A DNA stretch of 62,294 bases from Lentisphaeria bacterium (GTDB lineage Bacteria > Verrucomicrobiota > Lentisphaeria > Victivallales > UBA1829), in NCBI GenBank assembly GCA_017455665.1, contig JAFSZN010000115.1, forward strand, positions 1 to 62,294, written 5' to 3'. The position numbers were made by a program, and so were the translations under genes. Below the pieces are notes generated by a model that ran no database searches, had not been told where the DNA came from, and saw only the letters and a list, made by a program, of their open reading frames with translations. Positions 10,304-18,343 of this stretch are shown one piece after another. The first letter of the stretch is position 1, and the number at the start of each line of letters is the position of its first letter.

Positions 10304-10675
10304 TTACTCCTTCAACTCTTTCAATGTTTTCAAGACGATCTTCATGGATTCCGGGGGAATATCCAAGTCAATAATTGCATTGATGGCGCGAACACGGAAA
10401 GATTCGGCTGTTTGCCCGGAAATCAAATGGTTGTTGTCGCCATCGACAATACCGACATTGCCAACAGAAACATGATTGTCGTGTATGTCGATAGTGGCGT
10501 ACGGAAAAAGCCTGAAAAGCTTTTCAAGGGACAGTTTTTCGGGTGGATTCTTTCCGTTTATAAGCCCGTGGATGTACGCATACGACATATCGGCATCCTT
10601 GGCGATATCAGTATAAGTTTTCCCGGAATGATACCGTTCTAAAAGGGCGGAAACAATCTTTTCGTAGATGTTCAT
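10304..10675 (-). CDS. CI-like HTH repressor (XRE-type), no peptidase S24 domain
   Basis: Start MNIYEKIV (rc cat 10673-10675) has AAGGAG 7 nt upstream. HTH segment is KTYTDIAKDADMSYAYIHGLINGK. Divergent from a Cro-like gene. Confidence 0.7.
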   Translation of the reverse strand: MNIYEKIVSALLERYHSGKTYTDIAKDADMSYAYIHGLINGKNPPEKLSLEKLFRLFPYATIDIHDNHVSVGNVGIVDGDNNHLISGQTAESFRVRAINAIIDLDIPPESMKIVLKTLKELKE

Positions 10676-10751
10676 GGCGTCTCCTTTGTGTTGTAACAAA
10701 GATAATTTACCCCCAAAAAACATTTTTTTCAATCTTTTTTATATTTTTTGC

Positions 10752-10781
10752 TTGACATTTATCGTTATGGCGATATATTAT
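10752..10781 (+). promoter_or_regulatory. putative sigma70-like early rightward promoter
   Basis: TTGACA (10752-10757), an 18-nt spacer, then TATTAT (10776-10781), about 35 nt upstream of the Cro-like ATG. The 7-bp inverted pair TGTTGTA (near 10690) and TACAACA (near 10784) flanks it. Confidence 0.4.
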
Positions 10782-10815
10782 CTCTACAACAACATCAAAC
10801 CAAAGGAGAAATGCC

Positions 10816-10995
10816 ATGGTGAAAAAAGAAAAAAAACATGTGGTGACGTTCGCCGCCACAAAGAGCGAAATGAAGATGATTGAACTCATCCGAAAAACAC
10901 TCCGGCGCAAAACGTACACAGACACGATTCGTGTACTCATCATGAAGGAGAGCGAAAAAATTTTATCTCAAAATATCGGTACAGCGATACGATAA
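10816..10995 (+). CDS. small Cro-like/ribbon-helix-helix-like regulator (59 aa, below ORF-track cutoff)
   Basis: AAAGGAGA RBS (10802-10809) is followed by an ATG at 10816. Translation is MVKKEKKHVVTFAATKSEMKMIELIRKTLRRKTYTDTIRVLIMKESEKILSQNIGTAIR, stop at 10993-10995. Divergent from the repressor. Confidence 0.55.
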   Translation: MVKKEKKHVVTFAATKSEMKMIELIRKTLRRKTYTDTIRVLIMKESEKILSQNIGTAIR

Positions 10996-11010
10996 GAAAG
11001 GCCGCCGCAC

Positions 11011-11265
11011 ATGCAAGCTGACGACATCATCACACTTGCCACGGTGATCGCGCAGAAACTCGAGGAAAGGCTTCGGGAAAACTTCACGATCATGCCGACC
11101 TTGACGCTGGACCAAGTTGCCGAACAGCTCGGCGTCTCCCACGAGAATGTCCGAAAACTCTGCCTGTCCGGTCAACTTCCCTACATCAAAATCGAAAAGC
11201 TGTATCGCATCAAGCCCGCAGACGTCAACGCGTATCTGAACCGCAATTACAGCGGACACCAATAA
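11011..11265 (+). CDS. excisionase-family HTH DNA-binding protein
   Basis: LTLDQVAEQLGVSHENVRKLCLSGQLPYIKIEKLYRIKPADVNAYL matches the MerR-like excisionase/'helix_turn_helix 17' pattern. Confidence 0.65.
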   Translation: MQADDIITLATVIAQKLEERLRENFTIMPTLTLDQVAEQLGVSHENVRKLCLSGQLPYIKIEKLYRIKPADVNAYLNRNYSGHQ

Positions 11266-11272
11266 CCAAACC

Positions 11273-11557
11273 ATGCGAAAGGAAACCGCTATGGAAATCA
11301 AAATCAAGACCCCGAAACGGACGTTTTCCGTGCCGGAAGGAAAGCCGGTCCTCATCCACTGGAAAGCAAAGAATAAATCGCGCTCCGGCCTCGGAATGGC
11401 TATGGGATGGATCCGGCGCGGAGACGACCAGAACACCGTCAAGGTGGTGCATTCCACGTTTCAGACATGGGACAAGCTGGAATCCGAGTATCCGGCCAGC
11501 TGGACGATCTGGAAAAGCCAAATCCTCGACATTCACGTTATGAAGAGAGCCGAATAA
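11273..11557 (+). CDS. hypothetical phage early protein
   Basis: 94-aa ORF, tightly packed with its neighbours on the same strand. Confidence 0.5.
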   Translation: MRKETAMEIKIKTPKRTFSVPEGKPVLIHWKAKNKSRSGLGMAMGWIRRGDDQNTVKVVHSTFQTWDKLESEYPASWTIWKSQILDIHVMKRAE

Positions 11558-12286
11558 ATGCAAGGCGAGAGGACATATTTTTACAAAATGTGGCACCAGC
11601 TGATTCAGACGCAGCCGAAATCTGTGCGTCTTGCTCTTTACGAGGCGATTTTAGATTTTGCGTTTAATGGTACGGAGACACCGCTCCCGCCAAAACAAAA
11701 ACAGATTTTCGATATTGCAAAACACATGATAGAAGTTTCGCAAAAAAGACGCGAAATCCAGCTCAATCGAAAAGATTTTGCTCGACCTCTGCCCGACCTC
11801 TGCCCGACCTCTGCCGAAGCAAAAGCGGAACCGGAAGCCGACCTTTTCGAAGCCTCTGCCCGACCTCTGCCCGACCATAGGTTAGGCGAGAAACAAGAGA
11901 AAGAAAAAGTTTCCCCCGCTTCCACCCCCTTCAAAAATCAAGAGAAAAAAGAGGGGGATTCCGCACACGCGGATACGGACGCACACGCATTAAAGGCAAC
12001 CGCCGAGATTTCCTCGGCAGTTGAAGGATTCGTTGACCTGATTCCCGAACACCTCAAAACGGATTCGGGATTTCTGGGCGAATGGCGCGAATGGCTGCGT
12101 TACAGGAAGCGCACACGAAGGGCTGTTTCGCGGGATGCCGCAGTTCGCCAGCTGAAAATGCTGGGAGAGTACAACGGGAACGATGCCATCCGAATTATCG
12201 AAACCAGCATACAAAACGACTGGCAGGGGTTGTTCCCGAACAGAACCAAAAACGTAAAACCGATGAAGGACTACACCGGAATATGA
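11558..12286 (+). CDS. putative replication initiator/replisome organiser (contains iterons)
   Basis: 242-aa ORF directly upstream of a DnaC-like loader, with an ATGA overlap at 12283-12286. Carries an internal 11-bp iteron cluster. The central region is acidic and low-complexity. Confidence 0.5.
   Translation: MQGERTYFYKMWHQLIQTQPKSVRLALYEAILDFAFNGTETPLPPKQKQIFDIAKHMIEVSQKRREIQLNRKDFARPLPDLCPTSAEAKAEPEADLFEASARPLPDHRLGEKQEKEKVSPASTPFKNQEKKEGDSAHADTDAHALKATAEISSAVEGFVDLIPEHLKTDSGFLGEWREWLRYRKRTRRAVSRDAAVRQLKMLGEYNGNDAIRIIETSIQNDWQGLFPNRTKNVKPMKDYTGI
11783..11876. repeat. iteron-like 11-bp direct repeats CGACCTCTGCC (candidate phage ori)
   Basis: Three perfect tandem copies at 11783-11815. 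One further full copy at 11861-11871 is flanked by partial copies at 11853-11860 and 11872-11876. Confidence 0.6.
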
Positions 12287-13050
12287 ATCACCCAGAGATA
12301 ATCAAGGTCAAAACGAACTGTACGCGCTGCGGCAAGGAGTTTGAAGCCGAGACGTTCCAGTTCGTGCTTGACAGTTTCGCGAAGAAGGGAAAACCGTACG
12401 CGGCTGCATGCGACGACTGTTTCAGAATCATCCGGCAGGAAGAGGAAGAAGCCATGGACCGCGCCTTTGCGGAGCGTCAGCAGAGCGAAGAGGAGCTGGA
12501 AGAGGCGATTGCCGCCGCGGGCGTTGCGCCGGATTACCGCCTGAAAACTGCTCCGGTCCCGTTCGTTGCGAAATGGCTTTGGAAGAACCGCGAAAAAAAC
12601 ATTCTTCTGTCCGGCCAGACCGGAACGGGGAAAAGCACCAGCGCGGGCGTCAATACGCGCTACATGATCCGCGACGACCACAAGACCGTCCGCGTCTGCT
12701 ATTTCGCCGCGCTGCTGGATGAATGGCGCGCCGCTCGTTGCGCGGATGCCGACCCCGGCGCAGTGAAAGACCTGTTCCGCCGTCTGGAAGCCGTGGATGT
12801 CCTTATCATCGATGAATGTGCTGGAAAAAGCGTCAATACGGATTCCAGTCGCGAGTTCATGTATCGCCTTATCGAGGATGTGCAGAACGGCTGCTGCCAC
12901 GCGAAGGTGTGGTTCCTCGGTAATTTCTACCGTGGATCCGTGGACGATGTTTTCGGGGACGCCGAGCCTACCTATCGGCGTTTGAAAGAAAAGTTCGTCT
13001 GCGGACGCATCGACCTTATCGAAAAACAGATCATCCCGATTTTCAAATAA
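12283..13050 (+). CDS. DnaC/IstB-like AAA+ helicase loader
   Basis: Start MNHPEII at 12283. N-terminal Cys pairs (CTRCG...CDDC), Walker A LLSGQTGTGKST and Walker B VLIIDE. Confidence 0.7.
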   Translation: MNHPEIIKVKTNCTRCGKEFEAETFQFVLDSFAKKGKPYAAACDDCFRIIRQEEEEAMDRAFAERQQSEEELEEAIAAAGVAPDYRLKTAPVPFVAKWLWKNREKNILLSGQTGTGKSTSAGVNTRYMIRDDHKTVRVCYFAALLDEWRAARCADADPGAVKDLFRRLEAVDVLIIDECAGKSVNTDSSREFMYRLIEDVQNGCCHAKVWFLGNFYRGSVDDVFGDAEPTYRRLKEKFVCGRIDLIEKQIIPIFK

Positions 13051-13071
13051 CCAAAACAGAAAGGAAACGCT

Positions 13072-13257
13072 ATGGACTCTGAAGATAAACTTTTTTGGTT
13101 TATTGCCATATTTTTCGTAATTGCCCTTACGACCATTGCCGTGATTTTTATCCCGCTTTCCATCCAAAAGGAAAAAGCATTCATCAACCTCTATAATGCC
13201 GCTGCAAAAGGCGAAGCCTCTGGCGTGATTATTCAGATCGGATCGCAAAGCAAATAA
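13072..13257 (+). CDS. small membrane protein
   Basis: 61 aa with a single TM segment, LFWFIAIFFVIALTTIAVIFIPL. Confidence 0.5.
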   Translation: MDSEDKLFWFIAIFFVIALTTIAVIFIPLSIQKEKAFINLYNAAAKGEASGVIIQIGSQSK

Positions 13258-13282
13258 CCAACCAAAAACAAGGAAAAATGCC

Positions 13283-13597
13283 ATGAAAATCAAAAAACTC
13301 ACTCAAAAACACCGGACTTTCCTGAAAGGGATTGCAAACACAAAACTCAAAATCGACCCGAAAAAGAGACATGTTTGTGTTTCGATTGCCGTGTACTCCA
13401 TAAACAATTCTGAAATCACCAAGTTTTATCATTGGGGATTTGATTCTGGGATTGGATGCAGAATGGAATTGAAAGGCGCAAATCCGTACAGCAAAAAATA
13501 TCCATATGGATACGCAAAAATGCACATTCCGGTTTCGGAAGAAACGTTTGCCAAGGTTATCGAAATAATCCAAAAAGAGCAGGGTGGCCAGAAATGA
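13283..13597 (+). CDS. hypothetical phage protein
   Basis: 104-aa ORF whose stop overlaps the next start (ATGA at 13594-13597). Confidence 0.5.
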   Translation: MKIKKLTQKHRTFLKGIANTKLKIDPKKRHVCVSIAVYSINNSEITKFYHWGFDSGIGCRMELKGANPYSKKYPYGYAKMHIPVSEETFAKVIEIIQKEQGGQK

Positions 13598-13755
13598 AAA
13601 AAATCCTCATCACCCTTATCATCGGAATCATGCTCGGCTATATGCTCGGCCTGATTCACCAGCTGGCACAGAAACGAACTGTTTCCAAAATGGAAAAAGT
13701 TCACAACGTGGTTATTTCCAAAATGGAAACAACCACCCCAGAGGTGCAGAAATGA
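13594..13755 (+). CDS. small membrane protein (53 aa)
   Basis: MKKILITLIIGIMLGYMLGLIHQL. ATGA coupling at both ends. Confidence 0.45.
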   Translation: MKKILITLIIGIMLGYMLGLIHQLAQKRTVSKMEKVHNVVISKMETTTPEVQK

Positions 13756-14138
13756 AAGGAATTCACAATTGCGAGCAAGTCAACGAAGAGTACGGGATAA
13801 AACTCTCCGAGGACGAATTCAAAGATGTCCTCGTCCCGGCATGGCTTTCTGTTATTGATGGTAAGCCCAAAACGCCCATGACAGATGATGAGTTTGTCAA
13901 ATGGTTCAAGAAGAGCAAGACAAACCGCCTGATTGCTGGTGCGCTGGCAAAGATGTGGAGCAAGTGCTTTTACCTGAAACAGGATCTTCATGACGCAAAA
14001 AACAATCTATTTTGTATTGCGCTTGACGATTTTCTGATAGATCAACTCAACGAAACCGAAAGGTTTATTGAACAAGCACGAGCAGTCATCAAAATCGTAA
14101 AAGCCGCGAAACAGGCAGAAAGAGAGGCGAAACCGTGA
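13752..14138 (+). CDS. hypothetical phage protein (128 aa)
   Basis: Start MKGIHNCEQ at 13752, coupled to the upstream stop. In frame with track ORF 13584..14138. Confidence 0.5.
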   Translation: MKGIHNCEQVNEEYGIKLSEDEFKDVLVPAWLSVIDGKPKTPMTDDEFVKWFKKSKTNRLIAGALAKMWSKCFYLKQDLHDAKNNLFCIALDDFLIDQLNETERFIEQARAVIKIVKAAKQAEREAKP

Positions 14139-14389
14139 AAAAGCGGGAACGTCTTACCTCGATTATAACTTTCAAGCCGATTTTACCTGACTGCAAGAAA
14201 TGCAAACGCGGCATCCCGGACGGCGAGGGACACACGTTCTGTACCGCTATCGGGGAATGGGGCGACGATGCGGAAACCGAAGAATACGGCGGCTGGTGCA
14301 AGTTCTTCAAAGAGAAAAAAAGCCTATTCCGAATTGGTTCAATATCTCCGCGATACAGAAAAAAATGCAAGGTGAAAAAATGCAAATAA
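14135..14389 (+). CDS. small Cys-rich (zinc-ribbon-like) protein
   Basis: GTG start overlaps the previous stop. Contains CKKC...C...C. Confidence 0.45.
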   Translation: MKKRERLTSIITFKPILPDCKKCKRGIPDGEGHTFCTAIGEWGDDAETEEYGGWCKFFKEKKSLFRIGSISPRYRKKCKVKKCK

Positions 14390-14691
14390 CAAAGACATTT
14401 TTGGAGCGCGCAAAATTCGACTTCGAGAAATACGCGGGCTATTACATGATTCGGGGATTCGCTTTTTCCGTAAAAGAGCATGAGAAAGGCATGAAAGCAA
14501 GTGTCTACGCGAGCATGGCGCGTGACTTGTTGTATATTGCCGTTCTCTGTCTCCGCGTGAAGAAGTATTACGTTGCGTTTCACCTCATCAACAGCGCGTC
14601 CTATGCAGTAAAACAGGCCGCCGCGCTGGAAAATCTCGAAAAATGCCTGAAACGATGCGAAAGCATCCTGAACGGAGAAGCACAAAAATGA
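14380..14691 (+). CDS. hypothetical helical protein (103 aa)
   Basis: MQITKTFLERAKFDFEKY... in the frame of track ORF 14200..14691. An alternative start lies at 14365. Confidence 0.45.
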   Translation: MQITKTFLERAKFDFEKYAGYYMIRGFAFSVKEHEKGMKASVYASMARDLLYIAVLCLRVKKYYVAFHLINSASYAVKQAAALENLEKCLKRCESILNGEAQK

Positions 14692-14834
14692 AGCCAATAA
14701 AACGCTTCAGGAAAACAACGCGTATTTTCCGCCAAAAAATATATTGGATAGCTGAAACACATTGGTATCCGCAACTCAATCTTATTGTCGTAAATTACAA
14801 GACATTAAAACCGGAAAAGAAAGGCAAAAAATGA
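14688..14834 (+). CDS. hypothetical basic peptide (48 aa)
   Basis: ATGA overlaps at both ends (14688-14691 and 14831-14834). Support is positional only. Confidence 0.35.
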   Translation: MKPIKRFRKTTRIFRQKIYWIAETHWYPQLNLIVVNYKTLKPEKKGKK

Positions 14835-15040
14835 AAAAATATCTCGTCCTCTACGGTGTCAAAATGAACCGTACAGAATACGGCTACGTCCTCGAAATGG
14901 AAGCGAAGAACGCGAAGGAAGCATGTGCGAAAACAAAGGAATATGTTTTCGCCGCGACTGGAAGAAATGCGTTCGGTCCAGTCATCTGCAAGCCGGAAGA
15001 AATCGGCAGATACATCAAAGGTCTCCCACCTCACAAATAA
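14831..15040 (+). CDS. hypothetical phage protein (69 aa)
   Basis: MKKYLVLYGVKMNRTEYGYVLEMEAKN..., coupled to the upstream ORF. Confidence 0.45.
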   Translation: MKKYLVLYGVKMNRTEYGYVLEMEAKNAKEACAKTKEYVFAATGRNAFGPVICKPEEIGRYIKGLPPHK

Positions 15041-15059
15041 CAAACAGAAAGGCAAACAA

Positions 15060-15473
15060 ATGAAAATCCCGTTCAAGAAACTCACCCCTGATGCCGTCGA
15101 ACCGCGCCGCGCTACTGCCGGGGCAGCTGGTTTCGACATGACCGCAACCGCGATAGAGGACACGCCGACCTGCTACAAGTACCACACGGGAATCGCGCTG
15201 GAACTCCCGCCCGGCTGGTCCGCCCTCGCGTTTCCGCGTTCCAGCATCGTCAAGAAAGGTGCGTGGCTCGGCAACGGTGTCGGCGTGATTGATTCCGACT
15301 ACCGCGGCGAAATCACGTTCTGCTTCTACAACTTCGGAAACGCTCCATACAAGGTGGGCGAACGCATCGGCCAGCTTGTGATTGTCCCTGTGCCGGACAT
15401 CGTTCTGGAAGAGGCCGTTGAACTCTCCGAAACGGCGCGCGGTGCCGGTGGCTACGGAAGCACGGGAGCGTAA
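15060..15473 (+). CDS. dut: dUTP diphosphatase
   Basis: Trimeric dUTPase motifs AGFDM, PRSS, GVIDSDYRGEI, RIGQLV and a C-terminal GGYGSTG. Confidence 0.85.
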   Translation: MKIPFKKLTPDAVEPRRATAGAAGFDMTATAIEDTPTCYKYHTGIALELPPGWSALAFPRSSIVKKGAWLGNGVGVIDSDYRGEITFCFYNFGNAPYKVGERIGQLVIVPVPDIVLEEAVELSETARGAGGYGSTGA

Positions 15474-15475
15474 CC

Positions 15476-15589
15476 ATGACAAGAGGCGAACAGAAAGAAA
15501 GATTCTCGTGCCTCGTCGTCCTCGTCAGCGCGGTCTTGCTGGCCGCGCTGGCTATCGTGCTTTGCGGGGTAATCCTATGGCGGGGATGA
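15476..15589 (+). CDS. possible 37-aa membrane peptide
   Basis: MTRGEQKERFSCLVVLVSAVLLAALAIVLCGVILWRG. Overlaps the next start. Positional support only. Confidence 0.3.
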   Translation: MTRGEQKERFSCLVVLVSAVLLAALAIVLCGVILWRG

Positions 15590-16176
15590 AAGCGGTTCCG
15601 TTAAAGCGGTTCAACGCCGTGCTGGATTCCATGCCGCCGAAATATGCGGCGATCTGCGCCATTGGCGTCACGACCGGATGCCGGATTTCAGAGGTGCTTT
15701 CCCTGCGCCGCTTTGACCTGTTAGAACGCGATGGACGATTAAAGGATAAGATTGCCTTCGTCCGTCTCAAGTCGCGCGGAAAAGGCGTCCTGCATCGTTT
15801 CTTGTCGATTCCTGCGGATTACAGGGGTTACATCCTGAATCATCTGCGGCAGGAAGAAGAACGCGGGTATGACCGCCCGGATGCTTTCGTCTTTCGCGGG
15901 AAACAGGGGCGGCATCTTTCCCGCCGCACCGCATGGGCGTTTTATCGTTCCATATTGGGATCGCGTCACGGGACCCACTGGATGCGGAAGACGTTCGCGA
16001 AGGAAATGTTCAAGGCTTTCTTGCGGGAGACGCCGGAAGACCCGATGCGCGCGCTGGAATTGACTCGCCGCGCCCTCTGTCATGCCCGCCTTGATACGAC
16101 CGTTCGATACCTCGGCATTGATTCGGACAAGATAGATTCTGTTCAAAATCAGATTTTCAGAAGGGGGAACCGATGA
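15577..16176 (+). CDS. second tyrosine recombinase, catalytic domain only (199 aa)
   Basis: Start MAGMKAV at 15577. Contains TGCRISEVL (Arg), RLKSRGKG (Lys), THWMRKTFA (His-x-x-Arg) and CHARLDTTVRYL (His...Tyr). No N-terminal arm-binding or core-binding domain. Confidence 0.7.
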   Translation: MAGMKAVPLKRFNAVLDSMPPKYAAICAIGVTTGCRISEVLSLRRFDLLERDGRLKDKIAFVRLKSRGKGVLHRFLSIPADYRGYILNHLRQEEERGYDRPDAFVFRGKQGRHLSRRTAWAFYRSILGSRHGTHWMRKTFAKEMFKAFLRETPEDPMRALELTRRALCHARLDTTVRYLGIDSDKIDSVQNQIFRRGNR

Positions 16177-16406
16177 AGAAGGAACCGGAAGAAGAACCGT
16201 ACGAACGCCCGCCGAACGCATTTCAGGGAGTTGGCGACCGCTGCCGCCTGTCGGAAAGGACCGTCAGGAATGCATTTTCGCGGAAGCCGATTACATGGGG
16301 AACCGCGCAAACGCTTTCCCACGTCCTGAAAATCCCTATGGGGTGTTTCCGCATAAAGGAAGACATGCGGGGCCGGAACAAAACCCGGAAACAGCAAGAC
16401 CAGTAA
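16173..16406 (+). CDS. small HTH-like DNA-binding protein
   Basis: ATGA-coupled to the recombinase. LSERTVRNAFSRKPITWGTAQTLSHVL resembles an XRE-type HTH. Confidence 0.45.
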   Translation: MKKEPEEEPYERPPNAFQGVGDRCRLSERTVRNAFSRKPITWGTAQTLSHVLKIPMGCFRIKEDMRGRNKTRKQQDQ

Positions 16407-16412
16407 ACAAAA

Positions 16413-16449
16413 CCCGGATGCGGCATGGGAAACCGTATCCGGGATTTTT
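16413..16449. terminator. bidirectional intrinsic terminator between convergent early and late arms
   Basis: CCCGGATGCGG / CCGTATCCGGG stem (11 bp, one G-U pair) with a 9-nt loop. A T-run follows on the + strand (16445-16449) and TTTTGTTT follows on the - strand. Confidence 0.65.
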
Positions 16450-16521
16450 CACACGAATCAAAAAGTGGAGTTAATTATGTCCGTTCTTGGCTAAGGCGGA
16501 ACTCTGTTCTGTTCAGGCGGG

Positions 16522-17094
16522 TCAAGGTTCCGAAGACGCGGGGACGTCTTCGGTCGATTCCTTCGCGTTTTCCACTGCCGCGCGCAGAACCTCGGAGACG
16601 GCGCGGATCACGTCGCCCACGTCGCCCGTGTCGGTCATGGTGATGCTCACGAACTGCTTCTTCGTGATGCTCTTTGCGTTCCAGATGCTTCCCGTGCTTT
16701 CGCTCCGGTACATGATGCTGTTCGTTCCGCTTTTCGCCGTGGCGAGGTCGCCGGAAACAAACGTGGTATGGATGCCGGGAATTTTGGATTCGGGATCGAT
16801 GCCGACGCTCGACTGTACGAATGTGCCGTTTCCGGTCACGTTTTTCGTGGCGATGCCCTCGGCCAGTTTTTCGGTCGTGCTGCACCCGGTCAGCGAGCAG
16901 ATCGCGAAAATCGCGATAACGAACAGAAGAACAAGCGCAAGGCCGCCCCACTCGAAGCGGTCGGACGGAGCCTTGTTTTCGAGGTGCGGAACATCCGGCA
17001 TTTCGCCGTTTCGTTTCCTGTTGGAATTGACAGTCGCGGAAATCACGGCGGCAAAGAGGGCGGGATTAACCATTGTACACCTCCCAATCTTCAA
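16522..17094 (-). CDS. phage lipoprotein (lipobox LTGC)
   Basis: GGLALVLLFVIAIFAICSLTGCSTT signal/lipobox. The true start may be the internal Met at 17001 (MPDVPHLEN...). Confidence 0.6.
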   Translation of the reverse strand: MKIGRCTMVNPALFAAVISATVNSNRKRNGEMPDVPHLENKAPSDRFEWGGLALVLLFVIAIFAICSLTGCSTTEKLAEGIATKNVTGNGTFVQSSVGIDPESKIPGIHTTFVSGDLATAKSGTNSIMYRSESTGSIWNAKSITKKQFVSITMTDTGDVGDVIRAVSEVLRAAVENAKESTEDVPASSEP

Positions 17095-17359
17095 ACAGGA
17101 TGTCAGACTGTGAGGCGAGCCATCCGGTCAGGATCGCTTTTCTTCCCGTGCTGTCGTGCGTGAACATGCAGATCGTTCCGAGCGCGAGGATTTCCCCGCC
17201 GTTTTCCTCGACGAGCTGTTTCAGAACGGGATCGTGGCAGATTTCAGCCGGGATTTGTGCGGCGGGTTTCAGCCAGAGGAACATACCCTTGCCGTTCCAA
17301 CCCTTGCGGGTCACTTTTTTGCCCTGTTTCAGGGCCTCGATTGCTTTTCCGAAGTCCAT
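17066..17359 (-). CDS. DUF2829-family protein (Tad2-like)
   Basis: MDFGKAIEALKQGKKVTRKGWNGKGMFLWLKP is the characteristic DUF2829 N-terminus, and the protein is 97 aa. Confidence 0.65.
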   Translation of the reverse strand: MDFGKAIEALKQGKKVTRKGWNGKGMFLWLKPAAQIPAEICHDPVLKQLVEENGGEILALGTICMFTHDSTGRKAILTGWLASQSDILFEDWEVYNG

Positions 17360-17373
17360 AATGGTCTCCTGTT

Positions 17374-17607
17374 TTAGTGTTTGAAGAATGCCGCATACGC
17401 GGCGATTCCGGTGGTTAATGCGTAGCCGAAAACTTCAATGAGAGTCCAGACAAGGCCTGTTCGCTCTTCGAGTTTTGCCACGCGGGAAACAAGCCCCTCT
17501 TCGCCATTCCCGTTGACTTTCTTGTCGAGTTTTTCAACGAACTTGAAGATTGTCTTCAATTTCTCGTTGATGGAAGAAATGGTTGATGTGAGTTCCTCGT
17601 TTGTCAT
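17374..17607 (-). CDS. holin-like small protein (coiled coil plus C-terminal TM)
   Basis: 77 aa with a C-terminal GLVWTLIEVFGYALTTGIAAYAAFF. The holin call is positional and topological only. Confidence 0.4.
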   Translation of the reverse strand: MTNEELTSTISSINEKLKTIFKFVEKLDKKVNGNGEEGLVSRVAKLEERTGLVWTLIEVFGYALTTGIAAYAAFFKH

Positions 17608-18002
17608 GGTTCCGGCTCCCGCAGTTTGCCGTTTTTATATGCTTTGTACCCGAAAAGCTGGCACAGAATCCCGGCGATCACGCCGTAGGGAATCAGAATC
17701 AGCCGCCTGTCGTAAACAGCGAACAGAAAAACATTCGTGGCCAGCCGGATATTGGCGTCCGTGAACATCCCGTAGGATTTGTATTCACGGGCGAATTCCC
17801 AATCATGAATCAGTGCAGCCGGCGCGAAAGGACGGAGAAGATACGAAACGAACTTTCTCACCCATTCCGGCCAGTCTTCCGGCCCGATTCCATTCCATGC
17901 CCGACACAGTTCTTCCATTGGCCGCGTCCAGAATTCAGGCGGCGCACTCGCGCGGATTTTGCAGCACAATTCCCATAGGAATCGAACTTCTCTTTCGCTC
18001 AT
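17604..18002 (-). CDS. hypothetical phage protein, DUF1353-like (HD motif plus C-terminal TM)
   Basis: GPEDWPEWV...PAALIHDWEF...TDANIRL resembles DUF1353 from my recollection. ATGA coupling at both ends. Confidence 0.4.
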   Translation of the reverse strand: MSEREVRFLWELCCKIRASAPPEFWTRPMEELCRAWNGIGPEDWPEWVRKFVSYLLRPFAPAALIHDWEFAREYKSYGMFTDANIRLATNVFLFAVYDRRLILIPYGVIAGILCQLFGYKAYKNGKLREPEP

Positions 18003-18343
18003 TTGACCTCGCTCCTTCCGAATTTATAGAAGTTGTCGATTTTTCGAATGACCGCCTTGAACATCCTCGGTTTCGTCTTGTCGCGCGCCGCCTCGTATGC
18101 CTCGATTTGAGAAATCAGCACATTGGAACCCGTGAACACGATATGATGCTGGCCGTTCCGTTCAAATTGAAGCGTTAGGCATTGTTCGTTTCCGGGCTTC
18201 TTGTGCTTGCTCGGACGGATTTCCCATCCGGTAAACACCAGCGGCACGTTCAGGATGCTGTCAATGCTCACTTTCGTACCATCCAGCGTCTCCCGGTCCG
18301 GGATGACGTCGGCAATCTCCGGGATGTCCGCGATGTCAGTCAT
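17999..18343 (-). CDS. hypothetical phage protein (114 aa)
   Basis: Start MTDIADIPE (rc cat 18341-18343) overlaps the upstream stop at 18336-18338. Confidence 0.5.
   Translation of the reverse strand: MTDIADIPEIADVIPDRETLDGTKVSIDSILNVPLVFTGWEIRPSKHKKPGNEQCLTLQFERNGQHHIVFTGSNVLISQIEAYEAARDKTKPRMFKAVIRKIDNFYKFGRSEVK

Noticed and set aside
10668-10943. ORFs 10668..10883 (+) and 10707..10943 (-) in the repressor/Cro intergenic region
   Set aside because: They span the AT-rich divergent promoter region. A 59-aa ORF with a strong RBS (10816..10995) explains the coding potential better.
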